From an uncultured Chloroflexia bacterium (GTDB lineage Bacteria > Chloroflexota > Anaerolineae > CG2-30-64-16), in NCBI GenBank assembly GCA_963774265.1, contig CAVZDU010000001.1, forward strand, positions 480,001-544,000: DNA of 64,000 nucleotides, given 5' to 3'. Position numbers and translations under genes: made by a program. Below are positions 9,152-18,981 of the stretch, one piece after another (position 1 is the stretch's first letter; the number at the start of each line of letters is the position of its first letter). Under the pieces are notes generated by a model that was not told the DNA's origin, searched no databases, and was given only the letters and a program-made list of their open reading frames with translations.

Positions 9152-10249
9152 TCAGGGATGCTGCGCAATTGCTGGCATCATTCGGTGCGCGCTGTAGATC
9201 GTGTTCGCGTGATGCGTGATGTACTCGTACGGCAGATACCCATAGCCGGGCGCCCAGGCCCCATCCCATGCCCATGGCTGCCATGAATTGCGCACCAGGA
9301 AATAGCCCCCGCCCGGCGTATTTGGATCGTCCTGGTACCCGACCAAGGTCATCGCGTGACCGTCCAACACCGGCTCACCGGTGAGTGGCAAGGTGATCTT
9401 CCCCCAACGCGCCATCGCAGGCGACCTGTACCAACTTTCGAAAACAGGCACGGCAAAGGCGATGGTGCGACCTTCGACCAGGCACGTCTTCATTCCGGTG
9501 ATATCGAGGCGGTTGAAAGCCAGCGTTTGTGCGGTGCGATAAGCGGGGTCGCCGTCAGCCGCACTCTCGGGAGGAGGTCCCTGCCCCTCGTCTGACCGCG
9601 GCGCACTCACGTAGGGCCAGACCACTTCGATGGGCGCACCCATCTTTGCCAGGCAGCGCATGCCGAGCGAGAGGTAGGTGCCGGATCGCGTGGGCAGCCC
9701 ATCGTGTTCCTTGCACCACCAGTAAACGTACTGTTCCGACAGGTCGACGTCGCGCGGCGCACTCGCTGCGATTTCCAACTGCTCCCGCACCGCGAGCGCC
9801 GCAAAGGCCACGCATGTGCTGCGGCGGCCCTGGTTGCGCAAGGGTGGCAGCTGATCGAGCAGGCTGTGGCTGGCAGGAAGGGGTGCGCGAAGGGCGCCCT
9901 CATAAGGCGGCAGATCCCTGTGGCGTTGTTGGACGATATCGGGATCGTCCAACAACGCCCCCAGGCCGTATTCTGTTTCGGCAACTTGGAGATCGATGGC
10001 CCTGGAGGATGTGTAGTGCGCCAGGGGGATCAATCGTTGCGCGGCATTCACAATGGGATCGAACGCCGACCGGTGGATGCCCAACGCGGTGGCCAGGCGA
10101 CCACGAGTCGGCTCACTAATCCCGTAGACGCCGACCAGCTCCTGCGCCGTGTTGATCCATAGGCCATTGAGCGTACGAATTTGTGCCGCATTAAGGCCGC
10201 GTACACTGGTTAGCGGAATACCGCCACGGATCAGTTGGGGAGGGGCCAC
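9152..10249 (-). CDS. Papain-like (C1) cysteine peptidase with N-terminal helix-hairpin-helix-like domain
   Basis: NQGRRSTCVAFA, DLSEQYVY, GHAMTLVGY, VRNSW; no signal peptide. Confidence 0.85.
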   Translation of the reverse strand: MAPPQLIRGGIPLTSVRGLNAAQIRTLNGLWINTAQELVGVYGISEPTRGRLATALGIHRSAFDPIVNAAQRLIPLAHYTSSRAIDLQVAETEYGLGALLDDPDIVQQRHRDLPPYEGALRAPLPASHSLLDQLPPLRNQGRRSTCVAFAALAVREQLEIAASAPRDVDLSEQYVYWWCKEHDGLPTRSGTYLSLGMRCLAKMGAPIEVVWPYVSAPRSDEGQGPPPESAADGDPAYRTAQTLAFNRLDITGMKTCLVEGRTIAFAVPVFESWYRSPAMARWGKITLPLTGEPVLDGHAMTLVGYQDDPNTPGGGYFLVRNSWQPWAWDGAWAPGYGYLPYEYITHHANTIYSAHRMMPAIAQHP

Positions 10250-10262
10250 GCGTACCTCCGGT

Positions 10263-11442
10263 TCAAATCAGGCCGGTTTCCTTGCCCACCCTCTCGAAGA
10301 CGCTCAGGACGCGATCCATCTGCTCAAAGGTGTGAGTAGCCATGTAACTCGTGCGCAAGAGCTCGCGGCCGGGCTGGACGCCAGGCGAGAGCACCGGATT
10401 GACAAATACGCCTTCATCGAAAAGACGTTTCCAGACATAGATGGTCAGCATTTTCTCGCCGATCACCACCGGAATGATCGGCGTCGTGGAGTTGCCGATG
10501 TTAAAGCCAAGCTGGCGGTAGCCCTTCCGCATGTAGTCTGCGATCTTGCCCAGATGCTCCACGCGCTCGGGTTCGTCGCGCATGATCTTCAGTGCGGCCA
10601 ACGCGGCTGCGGCATTTGAAGGCGGGATGCTGGCGCTGAAGATTATCGAGCGTGCATGGTGCTTGATGAAGTGTACGACCTGCTCGTCGCCGGCGATGAA
10701 GCCACCCAAGGACGCGAATGACTTGCTGAAGGTGGACATGATGAGATCCACCTGGTCGGTCATGCCGAAGTGCGCGGCGGTGCCGCGGCCGCCCCCCAGA
10801 ATGCCAATGGCGTGCGCATCATCCACGAGGAGCCGGGCGCCGTATTTCTTGCACAGCGGGACCATCTCGGGCAGTGGAGCGATGTCACCCTCCATGCTGT
10901 AGAGGCCATCCACCACCACCAGTTTGCCCTTGTCTTCGGGCAGGCGAGAGAGCACGCGCTCCAGTTCCTCCATGTCCTGGTGGCCGAAGCGTTTGGTTTC
11001 ACCGTAGCTCAGTTTGGCGCCATCCACGATGCTGGCGTGATCTTCCTTGTCCAGGATCACGTAATCCCCGCGGCATACTCAGCGCGCTGATGGCACCCAG
11101 GTTGACCTGCATACCGGTGGAGAACACCAACGCAGCCTCTTTTCCTACGAATTGCGCCAGCTCGTGTTCGAGCTGCTCGTGCATCTCGAGCGTGCCGTTG
11201 AGAAAGCGCGAGCCGGTGCAACTGGTGCCATAGCGATGGATCGCTGCGATGGCGGCTTCGCGCACGCGCGGGTCAGTGGTTAGTCCCAGGTAGTTGTTCG
11301 ACCCGCACATGATCAAGCGATGGCCTTTGAACACCGCTTCGGAGCCTTCGTTCTCAGTCAGGGGAATGAAGTACGGGTAGTAACCCGCTGCGATGGCTTC
11401 TTTGGCCTCAGTGAATGCGTATGCCTTGTCAAAAAGATCCAT
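10263..11442 (-). CDS. Serine palmitoyltransferase-like alpha-oxoamine synthase (frameshift near 11075)
   Basis: [49 protein letters not shown] (PLP Lys), FSAS; two ORFs join with a one-base shift. Confidence 0.8.
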
Positions 11443-11452
11443 GATTGCTCCT

Positions 11453-12433
11453 TCAGGAAATATAGCCGTGTTCGACGTACCAGCGATAGGCCCGAGCCAC
11501 AGCGTCGCGGAATGGAAGGATGTGATAATTGAGTTCTCGGATCGCCTTGCCCGAATCGAAAAAGACGTTATGGGCGGACAGGCGCAGTTGATCGCCACTG
11601 GCGATTGGGCGCGCCACAAAGTGGTTAGTCATATCGAGCGCTGCGGCGGCTGGCGGCAATACCCAGGCCGGAATGGTCCAGCGCGGCGCGCGGCGACCGA
11701 CTATCTCCGCAATGACAGCCGTGATCTCGTTGTAAGTCAGATTTTCGCCACCAAGAATGTAGCGCTCGCCGGTGCGGCCTCGCTCTGCCGCAGCCAGGTG
11801 GCCCTGCACTACTGCATCGATGTCGGCCACGCTGACCCCGCCGGGTGGCGCAGCGGGAAGGGGCCACTTTGCCATCTCGACGATCAGGCTTCCGGAGATT
11901 TGGTTGTGATCCCCAGGGCCGATCACAATGGCCGGGTTAACGATGACGGCAGAAAGACCGTGGGCGACCGCGGCGAGGACTTCTTGCTCGGCCAGGTGTT
12001 TGCTGTGAGCGTACGCCCAGCGCTCCTCATCGCGGCCGAGCGATTGTGTTTCGTCGGCCGGTCGGCCATTGCGGGGCGCCCCGAGCGCCGCAACGGATGA
12101 GGTGTAAACCATCCGGGGGATCCCCGCTGCCAGGCAGGCGTCCAGGACCGTCCGCGTCCCTTCGAGGTTAACCCGGTAAACCTCCTCACGACGCGCCCGC
12201 CAATAGGATGAAACGGCGGCAACGTGAAACACGACGTCGCACCCACGCACCGCTGCATCGACAGACTCGCGTTCTAGAATGTCACCGAAAACGCACTCCA
12301 CGTCCAGTCCATCAAGCGCGATCATACTCGAGGTCTTGCGACGCAGCACCCGCACGTGGTCGCCGCGGCGAACGAGTGCGGCGGCGACCTGGCTGCCGAC
12401 GAAACCCGTAGCGCCAGTGACGAGGGCTTTCAC
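11453..12433 (-). CDS. Extended SDR NAD-dependent epimerase/reductase (HpnA/DFR-like; candidate ceramide reductase)
   Basis: [37 protein letters not shown]. Confidence 0.85.
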   Translation of the reverse strand: MKALVTGATGFVGSQVAAALVRRGDHVRVLRRKTSSMIALDGLDVECVFGDILERESVDAAVRGCDVVFHVAAVSSYWRARREEVYRVNLEGTRTVLDACLAAGIPRMVYTSSVAALGAPRNGRPADETQSLGRDEERWAYAHSKHLAEQEVLAAVAHGLSAVIVNPAIVIGPGDHNQISGSLIVEMAKWPLPAAPPGGVSVADIDAVVQGHLAAAERGRTGERYILGGENLTYNEITAVIAEIVGRRAPRWTIPAWVLPPAAAALDMTNHFVARPIASGDQLRLSAHNVFFDSGKAIRELNYHILPFRDAVARAYRWYVEHGYIS

Positions 12434-13564
12434 AGAGTTTTCTCGTAGATGCGATAGGTCTTGTAGCGCACGCCGCCAAGACGTTCGATGATTTGATTCA
12501 TCATCGTGTTGGTTTCCAGGATCCAGGATCCTTCAAGCCGCTTGTACCCACGGCGCAGCGCTTCCTCGGCGGTCTCCAGGTAGAAGATAGCGTCTGCGCC
12601 GCGACCGCGGTACTCCTCCATCATGCCCATGATCATCAGACGCACCTGGTCAATGTGGCGCCTGTGCCAGAGAAATTTGGGCAGGCCGAAGGGCCACATG
12701 TGACCGCCGCCCGACCGTTTGAGCGCCTGGTGCAGGTCGGGCATGGTCAGCGAGACCCCAGCGGGTTTGCCGTCTTCCGTTTCAGCAACGAAGATCAGGT
12801 TGGGATCGATCATGGGTTTGAGACTGGCCGCGAGATGGTCGATCTCATGATCGGTCATGGGCACAAACCCCCAGTTCTTCTGCCAGGCGCCATTATACGC
12901 CGCCTTGATTTTGATGACTTCTTCGTCGAAATGCTTCATGTCGATCTTGCGTACGCGCAGACCCTGCTTTTCAGCGGCCTTCCTGGCAACGCGGCGTAGC
13001 TTTTCGGGCGCCTCGGCCAACCCCTTTTCAATGTCCGAGAGCCAGGCATAGAGATCCATCGCCTTTATATAGCCAGCGTTTTCGATGAGATTTGGATAGT
13101 AGCGAGGGTTGTGTGTCATCATGAGCATTGGCGGTGTGTCGAACCCGTCGATCAGCGTTCCCACTTCGTCGTTCATGGAGAAGTTCAAAGGGCCGCGGAT
13201 AGCTTTCATCCCTTCCTGACGACACCAATTCTCGGCAGTCTCAAGCAGCGCATCTGCCACAGCCTGATCGTCGATGCACTCGAAGAATCCCCAGCCGCCG
13301 GCTAACTCGTTGTGCACCTGGTTGTGACGGTCATTGACCAACGCGCCGATGGTCCCCACCACCTCACCGAGCGCGTCGGGCTATGAAGAGCTGGTAGCGA
13401 GTATGCTCGTATAGCGGGTTCTTTTTCGTGTCGAAATAGGCCAGCCGTTCCTCGATCAGGGGGGGCACCCAGCAAGGATCGTCTTTGTACAGCCTGAACG
13501 GGAACTGGACGTATTCCACCATGCCCTTACGGGAATTGACGGGCTCGATGACGATATTGTTCAT
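12430..13564 (-). CDS. Tandem GNAT acyltransferase (YghO/bacterial ceramide synthase-like; frameshift near 13368)
   Basis: LYKDDPCWVPPL, WGFFEC, GPLNFSMNDEVG.LIDGF..PP..MM.HNP.YY, NWGFVP, SWILETN.MM. Confidence 0.8.
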
Positions 13565-14418
13565 GATGCCTCCCCTGATGCGACTTCTCTTGAGGACTGC
13601 TGCGCGCGTTTGCGCCGTGAACGGGCGATGAGCCGATCCAGGACCGAGAATTGAAGGTCTCCCAGGAAATTCGCCAGATGTGCGACCGCGGTCATTTCAA
13701 TCCCAGGCGTGATCGAATAGCGTTTGTGCCTTATCCCGTCGACGATTGAACGCGCTACGATTTCGGGTGAGATAACGGTGCCGCCATACACGTCGCGCGT
13801 TTCCGGCGGTTTGTAGGGCATCTCCCCGGCAAGTTGCGGTGTGTCAGTATCGGGTGGGTAGACGACTGATACGTGGATATTGTACGGCTTGAGCTCGAGT
13901 CGCAGCACATCGGAGAGGCCCCGCAGCGCGTGCTTGGAGGCGCCATACGCCGAGTAGCCGAACACGCTTAGCAGCGCCGCACCCGATGCCACGTTGACGA
14001 TGTGTCCGGATCCACGCGCGATCATCCCCGGCGTTACAGCCCGAATCGTATGCAGCGCGCCGAAGTAGTTGATGTCCATCATCTCGCGAAAGACGGCGAG
14101 ATCGAGTTCTTGGAAATAGCCTGGCCGGGAGACGCCGTGCGAATTGATGATGATATCCGGCAAGCCGGCAACGCGCGTCACCTCCGCCACCGCGAACGCC
14201 GCCTGGTCCGGGTCGGCGACATCTGCAGGTATGACACCACACTTTTGGTCAGAGCACTCACAAGCTGCCTGAACCTCGGGCAGTGCATCCGCGAGGCGCC
14301 CTGGTGTGCGCGCCACCAGCCAGACATGCGCTCCCTCTCGGGCGAAGTGTCGAGCCGTTGCCAGTCCGATGCCGCTCGAACCGCCGGTGATGAGAATGAC
14401 TTGGTTACGGAAGGTCAT
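13561..14418 (-). CDS. KDSR/Tsc10-like short-chain dehydrogenase (3-ketodihydrosphingosine reductase-like)
   Basis: ITGGSSGIG, INYFG, GYSAYGASK, and the KDSR-type VYPPDTDTP...E...KP.ET segment. Confidence 0.75.
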   Translation of the reverse strand: MTFRNQVILITGGSSGIGLATARHFAREGAHVWLVARTPGRLADALPEVQAACECSDQKCGVIPADVADPDQAAFAVAEVTRVAGLPDIIINSHGVSRPGYFQELDLAVFREMMDINYFGALHTIRAVTPGMIARGSGHIVNVASGAALLSVFGYSAYGASKHALRGLSDVLRLELKPYNIHVSVVYPPDTDTPQLAGEMPYKPPETRDVYGGTVISPEIVARSIVDGIRHKRYSITPGIEMTAVAHLANFLGDLQFSVLDRLIARSRRKRAQQSSREVASGEAS

Positions 14419-14467
14419 GAATGGAATACTCGGCTGGGTGGGATCGTTTCCGCGAGGTAACGACAGC

Positions 14468-14476
14468 ATTATAACA
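14468..14476 (-). promoter_or_regulatory. Extended -10 promoter upstream of the lipid operon
   Basis: TGTTATAAT on the minus strand about 50 nt upstream of the KDSR-like start. Confidence 0.55.
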
Positions 14477-14498
14477 CGCTTATGATCTTATGCAAACA

Positions 14499-17129
14499 TC
14501 AGTTTTCAAGCGCCGCTCGCAACAGCGCCTCCGTAAGCATCTTCGTGTCCAGTGCATACTCGTGCTCCAGCACCGGGCCGACACATGCGGGACAACCGTT
14601 CTCGCAGGGACAGGCGGTTACAAGATCGAGCGCAGCCCGCAAGACATCGGGCATTGACGCGAACAGCTGCTCGGCATACCCCACGCCACCCGAGGTTCGC
14701 TCGTATACGGTGATCGTGGGCATCCCGGTTGCGGAGTCCTGTGGCTCGGCAACGATGCCCAGGTCACGGCCGTCGCACATAAGAAACAGCGGCGCAACCC
14801 CTTCGATCAACGCCGCGACGCCGCCGAGACCGGAGCGGGTTCGCACGCCCGATTCGGCGCGGTGGTGGCAGGATTGGCACAGTGTGACCAGGTTATCCAA
14901 CCGGTTGGCTGCTTGCCAGGCGAGGCCGACCGGCAGGTCTTCTCGTCGGCTCACGTCCGCGACGAATCCGCGAAACGGAATTTTGTGATGTACGTCGTGT
15001 TGGCGGCCCGCCATCTCGATCGTGCCGCAGCCCTGACAGCGATAGCCATCCCGCTGCCGGACCGCATTCCGTGTTGCTGTCCACTGCGGTCCATAGTCAT
15101 TGGGGTCCGACAACCATTCGCCGGCTGCCTTCAGCGCCTCGACGGTGTGCTCGGGAAACGCTAACCAGCAGCCTTGTGTGTCCAGCGTCTGCTCGGGCAG
15201 GTCCACCTCTCCGAAGCCAAGCACTTCGCCCGTGTTGCGGCGTAGAATTTTGTACCCTGTGGCCTGAGACGTCACGCGTACATCGCCCCAGCCCAGATCA
15301 TACGGCAACACCTTACCTGTGGCACGGTGCAAGTCTGTCTCGTCTGCTGCCGACCCGCGCACTATCTGTATCTCGATCTTCTCCGCCGTGATTGGGCGCG
15401 TGTAGAAGTCGGCGTCGATCGCGCGCACGGTGGCCGCACCCGCTTCCCAGTCGAGCTTCTCCACTACATAGGATGCACCCTCGTGCAGGTAGACCGCCCC
15501 CTTGTAGAGCAACAAGGGCACACCTTCGCGGTCCAGCTCGCCGATGACCACAGGCTTGCCGTCATCCCCATGCGCCTGAATGACGACCCGGTCGTTCCCT
15601 GCGTTTCGCAGCCCCAAGGCCTGAGCCGGATTGCCCTCGCCTGCCCAAAAGTAGCGACCGCCCGAAAGGTAGAGCTGGCCTGTCTCAACGAGGTCCGCGA
15701 GCAGTCCCGTTGTTGTAGAGACATTGCCCGCAACGTCTTCACTACCCCCTGGGTAGGAAACACCGAGTTCCTCGGTCTCTTGCAGGGGCAGTTCTGCCGC
15801 CGCGCAGGCGAGATGCCCGGCCAGGATGATTTCATTATCAGGGTTGATGCGCGCATGTTCGGGTGAGCGCTCGAGTAGCCACCGAGGATGGGTCACGACA
15901 TATTGGTCGAGTGGCCCCGCTCCAGCCACGAACACCGCGACCGATGCGCCCTGCCGGCGGCCCGCGCGTCCCATCTGCTGTCGCGCGCTGGCGATGGTCC
16001 CAGGGTGCCCGGCCAGGATGGCCGCGCCCAGATGCCCGATATCGATGCCCAGTTCGAGTGCATTCGTTGCCACCACTGCCCCCACCGCACCCTTTCGCAA
16101 ACCCTGCTCGATCTCGCGACGATCTGCAGGCAGGTAGCCTCCACGGTAGCCACGGGCGCGGCTGCGTGCGGGAGCCGGCAAGCGCTCGCGCAGGTGTGTC
16201 AACATCAACTCAGCCGCGAGTCGCGCGCGGCCAAACAGGATGGTCTGCACGTCGTGTTCGACGAAATGGGCCGCAAGGTCCGCCGACTCCTGGACAGTGC
16301 TCCGGCGGATCCCCAGGTTGGGATCGACCACGGGTGGGTTGTAAAAAAGCACGTGCCTTTCGCCCTGTGGCGCACCGTCCATGTCTGGCCCTACCACGGT
16401 GACCGGCGCCTCGACCAGCCGCTCGGCGAGTTCGCCGGGGTTGGCAATGGTTGCGGACGCGAGGATGAATTGCGGTGTGGATCCTGCCCCGTAGAATCGG
16501 CAGATGCGGCGCAACCGGCGCAGCACGTTGGCGACGTGTGATCCGAAGACCCCGCGATACACGTGCATCTCATCGATGACTACGACGCGCAGCGAGGCAA
16601 AGAACGCGGCCCAGCGCGGGTGCTGCGGCAAGATGCCCATATGGAGCATGTCCGGGTTGGAGAGAATGATGCGCGAGTTGTCGCGAATTCTTGGGCGCTG
16701 GGCGGAAGGCGTGTCCCCGTCGTACGCGGCGGCGAGACCGCCAAGGGGAGTGGCGGCAAGCAGCGCGGTCAGTTCCGCGAGTTGGTCGTGACCGAGGGCC
16801 TTGGTTGGGAAGAGGTACAGGGCACGGGCGCGTGGATCGCTCAGCAGGCGCTGAAGCACAGGCAGGTTGTAGCAGAGTGTCTTCCCGCTGGCCGCGGGTG
16901 TGGCCACCACAACATGCTCGCCGTTGAGCGCCGCCGTGACGCTTGCCGCTTGATGCGTGTATAGAGCATTGACCCCACGTGCAGACAACGCGTTCAGCAG
17001 CCTCTCGTCCAAGCCTGCCGGAAAGGGCGCGAACTGAGGCGCTCGCGCAGGGACTCGCTCCCAGCGCACGACATTGCTCATGAATCGCGGCTCGAATCGC
17101 AGGGCCTCGAGGGCGGATTCGACGGACAT
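14499..17129 (-). CDS. DEAH-box helicase of the Hrq1/YprA(MrfA)/SftH family with DUF1998 Zn domain and an inserted HNH domain
   Basis: ASGKT, PTKAL, DEMH.YRGVFGSH, SATIANP, YRGGY, ATNALELGIDIG, QQMGRAGR, C-terminal CPCENGCPAC; HNH at about 14850-15105. Confidence 0.9.
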   Translation of the reverse strand: MSVESALEALRFEPRFMSNVVRWERVPARAPQFAPFPAGLDERLLNALSARGVNALYTHQAASVTAALNGEHVVVATPAASGKTLCYNLPVLQRLLSDPRARALYLFPTKALGHDQLAELTALLAATPLGGLAAAYDGDTPSAQRPRIRDNSRIILSNPDMLHMGILPQHPRWAAFFASLRVVVIDEMHVYRGVFGSHVANVLRRLRRICRFYGAGSTPQFILASATIANPGELAERLVEAPVTVVGPDMDGAPQGERHVLFYNPPVVDPNLGIRRSTVQESADLAAHFVEHDVQTILFGRARLAAELMLTHLRERLPAPARSRARGYRGGYLPADRREIEQGLRKGAVGAVVATNALELGIDIGHLGAAILAGHPGTIASARQQMGRAGRRQGASVAVFVAGAGPLDQYVVTHPRWLLERSPEHARINPDNEIILAGHLACAAAELPLQETEELGVSYPGGSEDVAGNVSTTTGLLADLVETGQLYLSGGRYFWAGEGNPAQALGLRNAGNDRVVIQAHGDDGKPVVIGELDREGVPLLLYKGAVYLHEGASYVVEKLDWEAGAATVRAIDADFYTRPITAEKIEIQIVRGSAADETDLHRATGKVLPYDLGWGDVRVTSQATGYKILRRNTGEVLGFGEVDLPEQTLDTQGCWLAFPEHTVEALKAAGEWLSDPNDYGPQWTATRNAVRQRDGYRCQGCGTIEMAGRQHDVHHKIPFRGFVADVSRREDLPVGLAWQAANRLDNLVTLCQSCHHRAESGVRTRSGLGGVAALIEGVAPLFLMCDGRDLGIVAEPQDSATGMPTITVYERTSGGVGYAEQLFASMPDVLRAALDLVTACPCENGCPACVGPVLEHEYALDTKMLTEALLRAALEN

Positions 17130-17248
17130 GGGTGTCATTATACTCTACAAGTGAGAGCAAACGTGACGCGTTGACAGAGGCGTGCGCGTGGTCTATCATA
17201 CGCGTCTTGCTGGCCGTGCCAGCGATCAAGTGACTCTATCGAGGATTC

Positions 17249-18274
17249 ATGTCCGAGCCCACCCTGTTGCCTGCCGGCAAGTTGCCACTTCCTTTTTTGG
17301 AGAAGTTGCTCACGCGTTTTGCACCGCACGACCCGCGCATCATCGTTGGGCCACGCGCGGGGGAGGATGCTGCCGTGTTCGATCTCGGCGATCGCTACCT
17401 GGTGGCGAAGACCGACCCGATCACCTTTGCCACAAGCGAGATCGGCTGGTATGCGGTAAACGTCAATGCAAACGACGTGGCCGTAATGGGCGCGCGTCCG
17501 CGCTGGTTCCTGGCGACGGTGTTGCTGCCCGCGGGCAAGGCAACCACCGAAATGGCAGAGAACATTTTTCAGCAAATCTCCGATGCCTGCGCGGCGCTAG
17601 GGGTGAGCCTGGCTGGCGGGCACACGGAGATCACCGTCGATCTGAATCGACCGCTCGTCAGCGGGACCATGCTTGGCGAAGTTGCGCCAGAACGATTGAT
17701 CATGACCGCGGGCACGCGGGTGGGCGATGGGGTGCTGCTGGTCAAGGCCGCGCCCATCGAGGGAACCGCTTTGATTGCGCTGGAGCGCGCACAGATTCTG
17801 CGCCAGCGGGGCTATAGGGAGGATTTCATCCGCCGCGCGCAGGGCTTCCTGCATGAGCCAGGCATCAGTGTGGTGGCGCCTGCGTTGCTCGCCGCCGAGA
17901 TCGCCGAGGTCCATGCAATGCATGACCCTACTGAGGGTGGCATAATGACCGGCTTGCTGGAAATGGGGCGGGGCGCCGGAGTGGGGCTGCGCATCGATCT
18001 GGATTCTATCCCGATATTGCCGGAAGGTGCGGCACTGTGCCGGGAGTTTGGGTTGGACCCGTTGGGGACCATCGCATCAGGCGCGATCTTGATGGCTGTT
18101 GCCGGGGCGGATGCGTCGCGCCTGTGCGTGGAGCTCTCAGCACATGGTTATCCCACAACATTGATCGGCCGCGTCATACGGGCAGAAGACGGCCTGGTTG
18201 CATTGCGGGAAGGGCAGCCCGTCACGTGGCCGTTGTTTGCAGCGGATGAGATCACGAAGATTTTTTCCCAGTAA
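17249..18274 (+). CDS. AIR synthase-related (HypE/PurM-like) protein
   Basis: GEDAAV, KTDPITF, NANDVAVMGA, GGHTE, MHDPTEGG. Confidence 0.85.
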   Translation: MSEPTLLPAGKLPLPFLEKLLTRFAPHDPRIIVGPRAGEDAAVFDLGDRYLVAKTDPITFATSEIGWYAVNVNANDVAVMGARPRWFLATVLLPAGKATTEMAENIFQQISDACAALGVSLAGGHTEITVDLNRPLVSGTMLGEVAPERLIMTAGTRVGDGVLLVKAAPIEGTALIALERAQILRQRGYREDFIRRAQGFLHEPGISVVAPALLAAEIAEVHAMHDPTEGGIMTGLLEMGRGAGVGLRIDLDSIPILPEGAALCREFGLDPLGTIASGAILMAVAGADASRLCVELSAHGYPTTLIGRVIRAEDGLVALREGQPVTWPLFAADEITKIFSQ

Positions 18275-18276
18275 CG

Positions 18277-18981
18277 TCACGACTTGGAGTCGTCGGTGTC
18301 TTTCCTCACGCCGGCCTGTTGAAGGATCAGCTGCAGCCCGTGCTCGCCGAGTAGCGCCATTAACACGGGCCAGGCGATCAGCACTGTCACGGCCAGTGCG
18401 ATGCTGACTGCAGTCATCGCTCCCGCGAGAACGAGCAACAACACGGAAAACAGGGGGTTCGCAAGGACGGACAGCGCTGCCATACGCAGGCTGGAGACCA
18501 CCGTCGGTCTTTCCAGTGCGATAAAGAAGGGGTAGACATAAAGCTGGACGCTCAGCCAGAAGACTGTCAGGTAGCCCCAAATGATGCCGAACATTCGGAG
18601 CAGCGTGGTTGACTGGTAGAAGTAGAAGATAAGGTTGAGAAACAGCAAGCTGAGGACAACCATGCCGATCGCGTTCAGCGCCAGTCCTTGCTTCCACTGC
18701 GTCTTGTAAGCCTCGAAATATTGACTGCGTTCCACGTGTTGGTCGCGTGCGCAGCGACGGGCCACAGCGGCAAGGGCCATGATGGCCGGGCCGGCAGGGA
18801 TGGCGAGGATGGGAGCGATCCACCATGGTCCATCCGCCGAAAAAAACAAGTAACCCAATGCAAAGGCTAAGCCAACGAATACTCCGCCGGTTGCCCACCA
18901 CAGCAAACTCAGTCCAATCAGGAAGAACAGCTCATTGTAGAAGCTGACAAGTGCGCGCCAGGCGACGTTGAATGCTTTCAT
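18277..18981 (-). CDS. Integral membrane protein (DUF624/YesL-like)
   Basis: About 5-6 hydrophobic segments; GPAIMAL..VAR motif. Confidence 0.6.
   Translation of the reverse strand: MKAFNVAWRALVSFYNELFFLIGLSLLWWATGGVFVGLAFALGYLFFSADGPWWIAPILAIPAGPAIMALAAVARRCARDQHVERSQYFEAYKTQWKQGLALNAIGMVVLSLLFLNLIFYFYQSTTLLRMFGIIWGYLTVFWLSVQLYVYPFFIALERPTVVSSLRMAALSVLANPLFSVLLLVLAGAMTAVSIALAVTVLIAWPVLMALLGEHGLQLILQQAGVRKDTDDSKS

Noticed and set aside
13364-13366. UGA ending the first GNAT fragment as possible selenocysteine
   Set aside because: The downstream fragment is in a different frame (GEVVGTI needs a one-base shift), so this is an indel, not readthrough
17249-18274. AIR-synthase-family gene as selenophosphate synthetase SelD
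   Set aside because: Lacks the N-terminal C/U-x-x-K motif of SelD; fits the HypE-like family
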